A stretch of DNA of 64,000 nt from Phoronis australis (lineage: Eukaryota > Animalia > Phoronida). The translations under genes were made by a program, and so were the position numbers. The stretch is from positions 1 to 64,000 of the forward strand of contig NMRA01000956.1 in NCBI GenBank assembly GCA_002633005.1. Direction: 5' to 3'. Positions 21,701 to 30,100 of the stretch are shown piece after piece; position 1 is the stretch's first letter, and each line of letters opens with the position of its first letter. The notes beneath the pieces are model-generated. The model saw nothing but the letters and a program-made list of their open reading frames with translations. It was not told the origin of the DNA and did no database searches.

Positions 21701-24350
21701 TCGTAATTTTATTAATTACTCGTCCGCTACTCCGGAAGTGACGTTTTAGGAGGCAAGCATTTCGCGCCAATTTCTTTTCATGTAGTCTGACTGTGAGAGC
21801 TGCCGAGTCAGTCATTGTTCTACCTCGGTTGTGTTGAGTTCCGTCGTCGTTTGCTTTTATTTACTAGTCAGTCAACATGCCATACACTGTTGGTACGTAC
21901 CAGGATGTACTAATTATCGGCTCACGCGCGCTTTGGGAGTACCTTTGCATCGCTTTCTGATGGATGACACACTTCGCCGTACTTGGCTCGTTCGTGTGAA
22001 GAACGCAGCATTACCCGTCCACGCAACGTACAAAGCAGTGGAGAATTACCGTGTGTGTGTGGCAAGCACTTTCTGCTGTCCGATTACGAAAGAGATTTGT
22101 ACGCTGAACTGATGAAGGTCCCTGCGAAACGTCTGAAGAAAGATACCATTCCGTCTGTGTTGATTCCCGGCAGTGCCCCGTCGCCACCCCCGACAAGGGC
22201 GTTTTTGAAGCGAGAAGCCTAGCGAGCTGTGGCCAGTACAGTGACTGGAGCCAGTGGAGGCATTTCATCTACTGTCACCCGTGCCTCCGATCGTACCCCA
22301 GGGCGTGCAATTCCTGGAACCAGTAGCGATTCGCCCTGTGCTGTTTTCTCCAGCCCAGAGCCTCTAAGCAGCCCTGCAGCGATATTGAGTAGTGGGACAG
22401 TTCGACACCCAGCGAAGAGGACAGTTCGTAGTCAAGTGAACAGATCGGTGAGCCAAACTTTGATAAGTTTATTGTGGACTTGTCTAAAGTGTTGGAGCTA
22501 TTTAGAAGGTGCCAGGTGTGTGGCGAGGGATTCACACGACACGGTGTAAGCAGTTTAGGTGCTCAGGTCACCATCCAGTGGGAGTGTGTCGCGGGCAAGT
22601 GGGACAGTTGTTCCTCTGTCCGTGGTATGCCGGAGGTCCACTTAACCATATCCAGTAGTGGCTTGGCCTCGTAGAACTCTGAACAGCACAAGCATTCCAT
22701 TGAGGTAGGCTTAACAACGCACACAGTGCATTTGCACCAAGATGTGTCATCACGTCTGTCCTCAGTAGCCGCCTCGTTTCTCTCAACAGCTGCCCAGGCC
22801 TGTGCGTACTCTGCCTCGTTATACTTGGGCTCAAACATGTACCCACCCACTGAATGTCCGTGAAAAAATTCCTCGTCACCACTGCTGTGAACAACTAGGT
22901 CTCCGTCACTCACACTACTGTGACCGTGATACGGGTCACCGACTCCAGCCATTTTCAGCTTACAACACACTAAACAATCCCTAAATCCAACGTAATTGAG
23001 TTCTCTACTAACCTATCTTGCCGCAGAATACTCGCCGATGGAAAGTGGTGGTGACAATTGTTGAAAAACAGCACAAAACAAAAGTAGAATAGAACAGATT
23101 CGCACGGTAAAGTCAACGCAAAACCAAGTGGCGGGAAACGCTTGCCTCCTAAAACGTCACTTCCGAAGTAGCGGACGAGTAATTTATAAAATTACGAAAA
23201 GCTATAATTAAGTGGAAAATATGTCTAGGATAACCAACCAACCTTATTTTAGCTCAAAATGACATGGAAAAAGGTTGCCTTCGCCTTTAATAATTAAATG
23301 TTTGTGTTGATTACTTTTTAAATGTTATGCTGCTTATTGTCATTTGGTTGAAGAAGAAACATGAAATTGCTGAATAGTCTTGCGGTGCAGGCGAAGTGTA
23401 TAGCTTCAGAATTGAATTGATTTTTATATTTTGATATTATCACAGAAAAAGACCATCTGAGCATGTAATTGGGTAAGTTGGGATGCGGACTCACTGCCCT
23501 GTTGAATGTTGGGATCACTCCGTGACCTTTTATTGTTTGCGGTTTTGTTTTAGTTACGTGAAGGTTTACGCTTGATTCCCGGTTATGGTGTGTTGACACT
23601 GATGGCAGACATGAGGGTAGTACTACTAGATGAGAACCTTTTTAAAAATTTCTTGTCGTAATTGGTTTAGAAACAGTTGTGATGAGGCATTACCAGCAAA
23701 CTCTTGTCATGTGTTTTGGAAAAAGATACCATACAAGTTCACAACTTGTCCTTACATGTCTGACTGAAACCAATGCAGAATTTCCAATGGCATGGTATTG
23801 CCTTTATCTGGTTTACACAAAACTGCAATGGATCAACATTTTTAGTTAACTTGTTTCAACAATTGGATACTTGATAAGTGATGTAATAGTTATTACAATC
23901 ATGTTACATTTTAGTCTGCAGTCATTTAGTTTGATCCGGGACTAAATGCATTGATTAAAAAAAAAGAAAATGTAATACAGCTATTGGATCATAAATGGGA
24001 TGTATGCTGAGGGAAATGGCGACTATCTTCAACAGGGAATGAAAGCAATTAAAGGACATCCAGTGTTTGGGTCCCTGAAATTGAATTAGGACAACAGGGA
24101 TATTTGTGACTCACAGTAATTAAAACCAGAAATACTGCATGAAATGCTCCACCTGTTGTCAGATTTCAACTGATCTTTAGAGCAAACCAACTGTATGTGG
24201 CCCAAGGAGTGAATAATGATTGATGTAAATGATCCTTTTGGCAGGTTTGAAGACAGTCACACACTGGAGGGAGTCATTGTCTTGGAAGAATTCTGTAAAG
24301 AACTGGCGGCCATAGCATTTGTAAAGCATCATGCCATCGACTCTTTGTGA
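687..24350 (+). CDS. FHIP2A: FHF complex subunit HOOK-interacting protein 2 (FAM160B/FHIP2-like), 17 coding exons: join(687-731,2622-2700,6041-6210,7129-7233,7610-7732,8407-8520,9452-9527,10636-10753,11090-11281,12231-12420,13610-14213,16064-16145,16562-16652,16960-17097,17812-17952,18592-18695,24245-24350), ~825 aa
   Basis: Spliced translation [34 protein letters not shown]...[31 protein letters not shown]...[12 protein letters not shown]...[23 protein letters not shown] matches remembered human FAM160B1/FHIP2A end to end. All introns are GT-AG, phases are consistent, and the CDS totals 2478 nt. An invertebrate gene is probably co-orthologous to FHIP2A and FHIP2B. Confidence 0.95.
1002..1994. 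mobile_element. Non-autonomous foldback DNA transposon, ~270-bp TIRs, 9-bp TSD (Mutator/MULE-like)
   Basis: 1002-1272 is the near-perfect inverse of ~1722-1994; TACTGGGCT is duplicated at 993-1001 and 1995-2003. Confidence 0.85.
2020..2112. mobile_element. Miniature palindromic element (26-bp inverted ends)
   Basis: GATAAAGCGGTACCTGATTTTGAGAA versus inverse GATATAGCGGTACCTGACTTTGAGAA. Confidence 0.6.
2622..2700 (+). CDS. FHIP2A: FHIP2 exon 2 ([26 protein letters not shown])
   Basis: ttcag acceptor, GTGAGG donor, conserved peptide. Confidence 0.93.
2945..3385. repeat. Degenerate A-rich tandem repeat (AATAATAGTATAGACxGGAAAATT core)
   Basis: Core recurs many times with variable spacing. Confidence 0.7.
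5560..5868. repeat. 43-bp minisatellite, ~7 copies
   Basis: CATAGTCTAGGTGAAAACTGGCTAATGCAGAAGACAAAGGCTC units. Confidence 0.92.
5897..6012. repeat. 29-bp minisatellite, 4 copies
   Basis: TCAGTCATCTTGTTGTAGGTGTAAAGCAT x4. Confidence 0.95.
6041..6210 (+). CDS. FHIP2A: FHIP2 exon 3 ([11 protein letters not shown]...TLGRTD)
   Basis: cgtag acceptor, GTAGGT donor. Confidence 0.94.
7129..7233 (+). CDS. FHIP2A: FHIP2 exon 4 ([13 protein letters not shown]...HKSVQ)
   Basis: tgcag acceptor, GTGGGG donor. Confidence 0.93.
7610..7732 (+). CDS. FHIP2A: FHIP2 exon 5 (RFIKVCGEV...YLVNFFLD)
   Basis: cacag acceptor, GTGAGC donor. Confidence 0.93.
8407..8520 (+). CDS. FHIP2A: FHIP2 exon 6 (GAKSRQQ...LLSLCHSA)
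   Basis: tacag acceptor, GTAAGT donor, phase 0-0. Confidence 0.88.
9452..9527 (+). CDS. FHIP2A: FHIP2 exon 7 ([20 protein letters not shown])
   Basis: gacag acceptor, GTATGC donor. Confidence 0.92.
10636..10753 (+). CDS. FHIP2A: FHIP2 exon 8 (ILNRTAFC...[13 protein letters not shown])
   Basis: tccag acceptor, GTAAGA donor. Confidence 0.92.
10835..10940. repeat. 39-bp tandem repeat, ~2.7 copies
   Basis: CATTGAAAATATAGCAAT... at 10835, 10874 and 10913. Confidence 0.8.
11090..11281 (+). CDS. FHIP2A: FHIP2 exon 9 ([22 protein letters not shown]...)
   Basis: cctag acceptor, GTAGGT donor. Confidence 0.92.
12231..12420 (+). CDS. FHIP2A: FHIP2 exon 10 (AEGVAITAT...CNHLSEE)
   Basis: tgcag acceptor, GTAAGC donor. 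Confidence 0.93.
12449..12673. repeat. 32-bp minisatellite, 7 copies
   Basis: TGATAGAAGTTGTGTATATGCTGAGGTGTGTA units. Confidence 0.95.
12945..13266 (-). mobile_element. tRNA-derived SINE with tandemly duplicated 84-bp head
   Basis: Minus strand shows A-box-like TGGCCTAGTG and B-box GGTTCAAGTCC twice; body is shared with copies at 14487-14572 and 20245-20471. Confidence 0.75.
13610..14213 (+). CDS. FHIP2A: FHIP2 exon 11 ([10 protein letters not shown]...plus long Ser/Asp/Asn-rich linker)
   Basis: ttcag acceptor; GTGATC donor chosen because it gives phase 1, matching exon 12. Confidence 0.85.
14279..15473 (+). mobile_element. Helentron/DINE-1-like non-autonomous element (HINE) with an internal SINE fragment
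   Basis: TTTTTATGCGCCTAC...GTGGACGCAT 5' sub-terminal IR, TCCG-like tract, 3' GTGGGCGCAT plus stem-loop and CTTGTT end; homologous to 44536-46760. Confidence 0.7.
14487..14572 (+). mobile_element. 3' fragment of the tRNA-SINE
   Basis: Inverse match to 12946-13053. Confidence 0.7.
16064..16145 (+). CDS. FHIP2A: FHIP2 exon 12 (FERELG...VHKVVN)
   Basis: tccag acceptor, GTGAGT donor. Confidence 0.9.
16562..16652 (+). CDS. FHIP2A: FHIP2 exon 13 ([13 protein letters not shown]...YLRDAHRQ)
   Basis: cctag acceptor, GTGGGT donor. Confidence 0.94.
16960..17097 (+). CDS. FHIP2A: FHIP2 exon 14 (FSEISSYC...[20 protein letters not shown])
   Basis: tttag acceptor, GTACAT donor. Confidence 0.93.
17281..17393. 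repeat. 38-bp tandem repeat, 3 copies
   Basis: ATTAGCAAGTCGAGTGTTATAGTATTGACATGGCACTT. Confidence 0.9.
17450..17548. repeat. ~33-bp tandem repeat, 3 copies
   Basis: CAGACACAAAGTCAGGACTTGTCCATACAGTCT. Confidence 0.9.
17812..17952 (+). CDS. FHIP2A: FHIP2 exon 15 ([11 protein letters not shown]...SLFTVFEK)
   Basis: tccag acceptor, GTATTT donor. Confidence 0.93.
18592..18695 (+). CDS. FHIP2A: FHIP2 exon 16 (LERDLTQRL...VRKQLMG)
   Basis: tatag acceptor, GTATGG donor. Confidence 0.88.
20245..20471 (+). mobile_element. tRNA-derived SINE (older copy)
   Basis: GCAGTGTGGCC...GGTTCGAGTCCCACT head, CCTTGAGTCAGG body and CCTGTAATTATTTT tail, as in 12945-13266. Confidence 0.7.
21877..22660 (+). pseudogene. 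Frameshifted N-terminal part of a THAP-domain transposase
   Basis: Across frames: HC..VPGCTN...LHRF...W...VCGKHF...[10 protein letters not shown] (THAP C2CH plus AVPT-like box); downstream CQVCG..WEC..GMPE..L motif; no DDE core present. Confidence 0.8.
22650..22952 (-). pseudogene. Truncated KolX-like accessory protein (Cys-rich, P2X7-ballast/nanor-like zinc motif)
   Basis: MAGVGD...GYMFEP...[22 protein letters not shown]; similarity ends where the ORF meets the antisense transposase remnant. Confidence 0.75.
24245..24350 (+). CDS. FHIP2A: FHIP2 last coding exon ([34 protein letters not shown])
   Basis: ggcag acceptor, conserved C-terminus, TGA at 24348-24350. Confidence 0.94.
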
Positions 24351-27115
24351 AGCATCACGTCATTGACTTTTTTATGAAGAGATCGTGACACCACGGTGGT
24401 CAAGTGGAGTGCGGTCAATGTGTACCTAATGAAAAACACAAGCTGGACTTGACAGTAGTGCTGTTAGCTTTTTCAAGGAACCTGTTATATTTTATGTTGG
24501 GATATCTACTTGGCACAGTGGAAGAGGAAGGCACAGCATTCGGTATGAAGATTTAAGCACAAGTCCTCCAACTGAACTTCTACTGTTGTATGGCTATAGT
24601 ACTGGTCAGCAGTACCTGGTATCAAGACCATGCAGTGTTCAAATTTCAGTCGAATTGGATACTTATATGAAACTGGTAACCATGACGACACTGATGACTT
24701 CCTCATCGCCGATCACCATTGGTCTGAGAGATGCTGTTGCACATGTTGGCACAGTTAATGTCTTGTGCTTAATTGGGAGTGTTTTTAAGAATTCCTTTGG
24801 GTGTTACCGTGAGCATCCTTTTTAGTTGAATTTAATGTGTGCAATCCGAGTTGTATTTATTGAACAGTATTTCCATTGGATTTAACCCTGCATATTTATT
24901 ATACAGAGGCCTCCAGTTGATAGTAGTCTTTTATTAAATTTAGATAACCATTTTCAAGATTTACTAACACTTAAACTTGTTTTAAACTGGCATATTTATT
25001 CTTGGTTTACCATCATAGGCGTCTAATGCTAATAGTAATGGTTTTATTATTCCCACGTAATTGAACTTAAGTTTTCTGTTATATGATGGAATATGCAGTC
25101 TGGTTGCTGGTCATTTAATTTTTTAAGTTTATTTTAATATTCTGTAGTCTAAGGCTTAGCTTATTAATAAATGAATGCTAAATGTTCTACTATCTCCCTG
25201 CTACTATAATCTATGTTTTACCTACACGTATTGAATCAGTGATCTGTGCCGTTACTGTCGAGTCATTTGGAGAATGGGATTAGGAATTTTGCAGAGCTGT
25301 CGAGGTTAAGGTGAAGAGCAAGTTAAAATTAACAGAATTATCAATTTGTCTGAAGTTTACTTAAAGTTTCAACATTTGAATAAATATTCAGGCTTTACTT
25401 TGAAATTTTAATGTTGTAAAGTTCAGTCACTCCAGGCTGACATTTGCACAAGGTACAAGCTGTAACTGAAATGGGTATATGCAGACTGTTTGAAAGAAAG
25501 ATAAATACCATATACCTTGTAGAAAGGAGACACACGATGTGATCTAAATTTTGCATGTCTTGAGTACTTCACATAAAGCAATACATAGAGAACACTTCTC
25601 TCGTCTCTAATTTATGAAATGAGCAAAACCTCTTGGAAATTTTGTCAAAATCCCGAGGCTTGCCAAGTGATTTTGTTATCTCACATGAACTGTAAAAACA
25701 GCCGTTTTGCCGAAAAGCTCGAGGTGTCTAAAACTTTCAGCCACATGACGCAACTTTTATAAAAACGTGCTTGTGCTGTCAAGTAAACCCAATTAATTTT
25801 TGTAATATTTTCATTTTAAAACATAACAATCTGTAAATTGCATTCAGCTTTCATAATAAACATGCAAGTTAGAATCTTGTCAAATGTTAATAAATTAGTC
25901 TGCAGGGCTTCCCCGTCTGTGAGCACAGAATTGACAGCACAGCTAGGCAGTCTCACTGTGTGGTTTCTTGAGTTGAGGTTCATCTCTGAATGTACATGAT
26001 GCTGCTGCTTTGGATGTCATGTTGAACCTCGTCTCTTTCATGGAATTCTGGCATTGTTTGGTTGCTGGAATTAGTGTTGCACAGATAAAATGTAAGGGAT
26101 ATAGATTTCTACTGTTCACTACTTTGTGATTTGCCCTGCATGTAATATCAAAAAATTACGTACTCTGGTTTTAATTCATTAGCCAGTCCTGTCATAACAC
26201 ATGGCCGGTCATGTGAGAAATATAGATCGATTCCTGGTTTCCTTGAAAATACATCTTTGAATTGTGGCGATTCTTTTTGCATTTACACGTTCAAGTTCTG
26301 TGATTAGTGTCCCAATCTCACAGTAGACTGAAGCACTTCAAGTCATTGGCATTAAAATGACCCAAACATATTGAGGTTTCAAATGATCCCTGTCTTGGTG
26401 AAACGGTGTTGCAGAACTAGTGTTCACTTTAGCTCATTTTCATTGCCAGTGTTTGAATTGAATCATTTACTATTAATCATAAGCCAATACTAGCATGTGT
26501 TATCGTGTTTACATCCAGATTGTCACCACAATGCTCACAAAAAGTGTTGTTGTATTGAGCAGTGCCAAGCGACTATTTCTGTTTTGTTAACTGGGCTTCA
26601 TTTCTTTGCTTTCTTTTCTCGTAAAATTTCTCTTTGTTGAACTCCTTTCGTGCTGACTCGCGAAATGCTGTTGATTTCCATGACACATTTTGCTGCCTTA
26701 AATATTAAGATGAAAAGTTTTGTCCATTTCATGCCAGTTCATAAGCTCTGACTGCATGGTCAATGTTCTGACTACTTTGCATGCTTGTGCATTATTTGTT
26801 ATTTTCTGTTAATCCGTGTTACATGTAGACTGAAGTGTGTCAACACTACATTCTGAGGGCATGATGTTAAAAGTTTAAGACATAAAACGTTTCCAAAACA
26901 ATGACTTTTAATCAAACGCAAATAAAATGCATGTAACAACAAATATTTAAAAATTGTATGCAGGTCATGATTTTAACAAATGAATACAACAGTCACCTGA
27001 AAATTTCAACAAGTTATAACGTATAAAATTTAAAAATTCAACAAATAAAATATTCAACACATGCTCAAACAAACTTGCTTCAGATCTAGGAACCTCCACT
27101 CTTAATGCATCTAAA

Positions 27116-27198
27116 TTACCAGGATGTTCCACGGCTGATGATGATCTCTCCATGAAATCTTCGCTGACGGAGGAAAACAATTCTCTGTTTTCCGAGTT
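27116..27198 (-). CDS. REC8: REC8 last coding exon (LGKQRIVFLRQRRFHGEIIISRGTSW*)
   Basis: ttcag acceptor; matches kleisin C-terminal Q..PYG.I.I..G pattern; TAA stop. Confidence 0.9.
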
Positions 27199-30100
27199 CT
27201 GAAAAATATATTACTTCACAACATCCAAATCGTCAAACTGCGCGACATTCTGTGATTTGCACCACCCAAGTGTTCACTTTATCTATGTTTTAGTACAGCA
27301 GAAGAATCCAGCTGTTGGACTCTTCAATTCTAAGACCAACCAGCTTTAAGCTTAAATATTATCAAGATGTTTTATTTAATTGTCATCCACAATACTCCAA
27401 ACAGAGAGTAGTCACTTGATTAGAAAATCCAGCCACTGGTTTTAGAAGTCCTGTAGGCATGAATGTTTAACTTTTGAACAACTAATATCTCACTGTCATG
27501 TTTAGAAGTCCTGTAGGCATGAATGTTTAACTTTTGAACAACTAATATCTCACTGTCATGTTTAGAAGTCCTGTAGGCATGAATGTTTAACTTTTGAACA
27601 ACTAATATCTCACTGTCATGTTTAGAAGTCCTGTAGGCATGAATGTTTAACTTTTGAACAACTAATATCTCACTGTCATGTTTAGAAGTCCTGTAGGCAT
27701 GAATGTTTAACTTTTGAACAACTAATATCTCACTGTCATGTTTAGAAGTCCTGTAGGCATGAATGTTTAACTTTTGAACAACTAATATCTCACTGTCATG
27801 TTTAGAAGTCCTGTAGGCATGAATGTTTAACTTTTGAACAACTAATATCTCACTGTCATGTTTAGAAGTCCTGTAGGCATGAATGTTTAACTTTTGAACA
27901 ACTAATATCTCACTGTCATGTTTAGAAGTCCTGTAGGCATGAATGTTTAACTTTTGAACAACTAATATCTCACTGTCATGTTTAGAAGTCCTGTAGGCAT
28001 GAATGTTTAACTTTTGAACAACTAATATCTCACTGTCATGTTTAGAAGTCCTGTAGGCATGAATGTTTAACTTTTGAACAACTAATATCTCACTGTCATG
28101 TTTAGAAGTCCTGTAGGCATGAATGTTTAACTTTTGAACAACTAATATCTCACNAAATTTGGAGTCAAGACTCCAAATTTCGAGTCAAAAAATTTTCGAG
28201 TCTGACATTAGGCACGCCTATTTCGAGTTTGGACTCCAGTCGAGTTGAAAATGAGATTTCGAGTCCGAGTTCGAGTTCGAGTCTGACATTAGGCACCGGG
28301 CCCTGCTCGGATAAGCCCCCTTTGCGAATTTTGAAGATTTCCAGATAAGCACCCACTTCTCGGTTAAGTGCCCATCCCCCAATACCACCATGAAAAGGTA
28401 GCAAAACAAAGAAATTTTAGTTCAATGACATAAATGACATTAGTACGGTTGGTCAGTCCTAGAATTTTGAAAGGTGTTTTTCGGCATGAACTAGTGGGTA
28501 CTTAGCTACTTGAATAATTGTGCCAGTTAGAGAGTGCCCACTAACCATTGGCATCGGCAACTTGCCTTATGGCAAGTACTTTGAACTTTCAATTTCAAAG
28601 GTCACAGCCTGAAATGGCAACTCTCTGGCTTAGCGGTTAAGCACCCATGTTGAAGTAGGTGCCCACAACAGATTTCTTATTTTATATTTAAGCCCCCGTG
28701 TCTGGTTAAGCAGCCACCCCTGAAATTTTTAGTTTTGTCAATTTAACATCTCTTACCATTAATTCAAAATGAATGTTTACTGTAATACTAATTCAATAAG
28801 TGAAAATGCAAACTTAAGGAAAGTGTATCATCAAGTGAGTAGTAAAATAATTATTGTTTAAGTTGGGACTAAAATTTGCTCAAATTGCACTTTTTATGCA
28901 AAGGGTTTACTAAACTGCGTCAAATACTCATTCAAATTTTCATCAAACTCCAACAAGTATGCCCTGTTGTGTGCTAGTGAATTTTTTTCTCCGAGTGTAT
29001 TCCTGCTGTGTGAGGATCTGTACTGCATGTTCAAATTTGCCATTAGTGATACAATCTCATAGCGACCTAACACAAACAGTTAGCAAAAGAAACAAATTTA
29101 GATTTAACTTGTTCAAAACATTCTAAGATGACTGTAAAAACTGTACCTAAAATTGGAACAGATGTCACTGTCTTGAAATTCATATTGCAAACACAATCAA
29201 TAAAATGCCCATGGATCTGATCGAGGTACACCCTGTAATTATTTTAAGCTCAGTGACTGCATTATACCGCTGAACATATGCCAGTGCTGTCCCACGTAAC
29301 TAAGTATATACAGCTACTAAAATTAAGCCTTTTTTCTGTATTTTTTCCTAGACTTTTACTTCTGTTTGTACAATTCACTACAAATTCAAATGCGCCGTGG
29401 CAGTAGTCCCCACATCGTGACTGTTGCGTGTGACTAATTAAATGTGTCTCACTTATTGATGCAAACACACCCATAACAAATCAGTTGCGAAAAGCTATCA
29501 TGAATATTTAATGATACATCATCATCTGATTAGTATTTCAATCACACTGTGTTAATCAGAACTTACCAAGAACAGACATGAACATGCTGGCGGCCACCGA
29601 CCTGCGATAAGATGTTGGGCAAATCTGTGCGAAGGTTGTCTCTGGCTGAACAGTTGTCAGTGACGCTATTAGTCTGCAAGACACCCAATGAATAGTACCA
29701 TTATTTCAAATAGTGCTGTCCGTCTACAAAAGCTAAATCATAACAGGAATTGGCGAGTATCTTAGATTACTAAAGAAGCCCAAAAGAGCCCTAGCATGAT
29801 AGGCACTTGGAAATTCACTAATTATTATAACAACACCTGGAGACTCCCAGATACAAAGAGTACTAGCCTCAAATATAGATTTTAGTAACTTGACAAATAC
29901 AGGGTGTCCCAAAAATGTACTCACACTCAAATATGTTAATGGGAGTTTAAATTAAATTCCCGTGGATCAGACTCCATGTCTGGGCAAGGAAGTGCAAATT
30001 AAGAAACTTCTTAAGTTATCAAATTAATATTAAAAGCACTTAATATTTTGATTCAAAGACTTACTGCCTATTTGGTACACATCTTGTTGAATTTAAGCCA

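Larger units (their letters stand above)
21619..23286. mobile_element. Internally deleted Kolobok-type DNA transposon (~1.67 kb)
   Basis: TTAA at 21615-21618 and 23287-23290; AGG...CCT termini; ~150-bp TIRs (21619-21769 and 23129-23286); two convergent ORF remnants. Confidence 0.88.

Noticed and set aside
27441-28153. Regular arrays (also 5560, 12449, 36893, 55332, 59018) as CRISPR-like loci
   Set aside because: Head-to-tail units with no unique spacers, no cas genes, eukaryotic intronic context.
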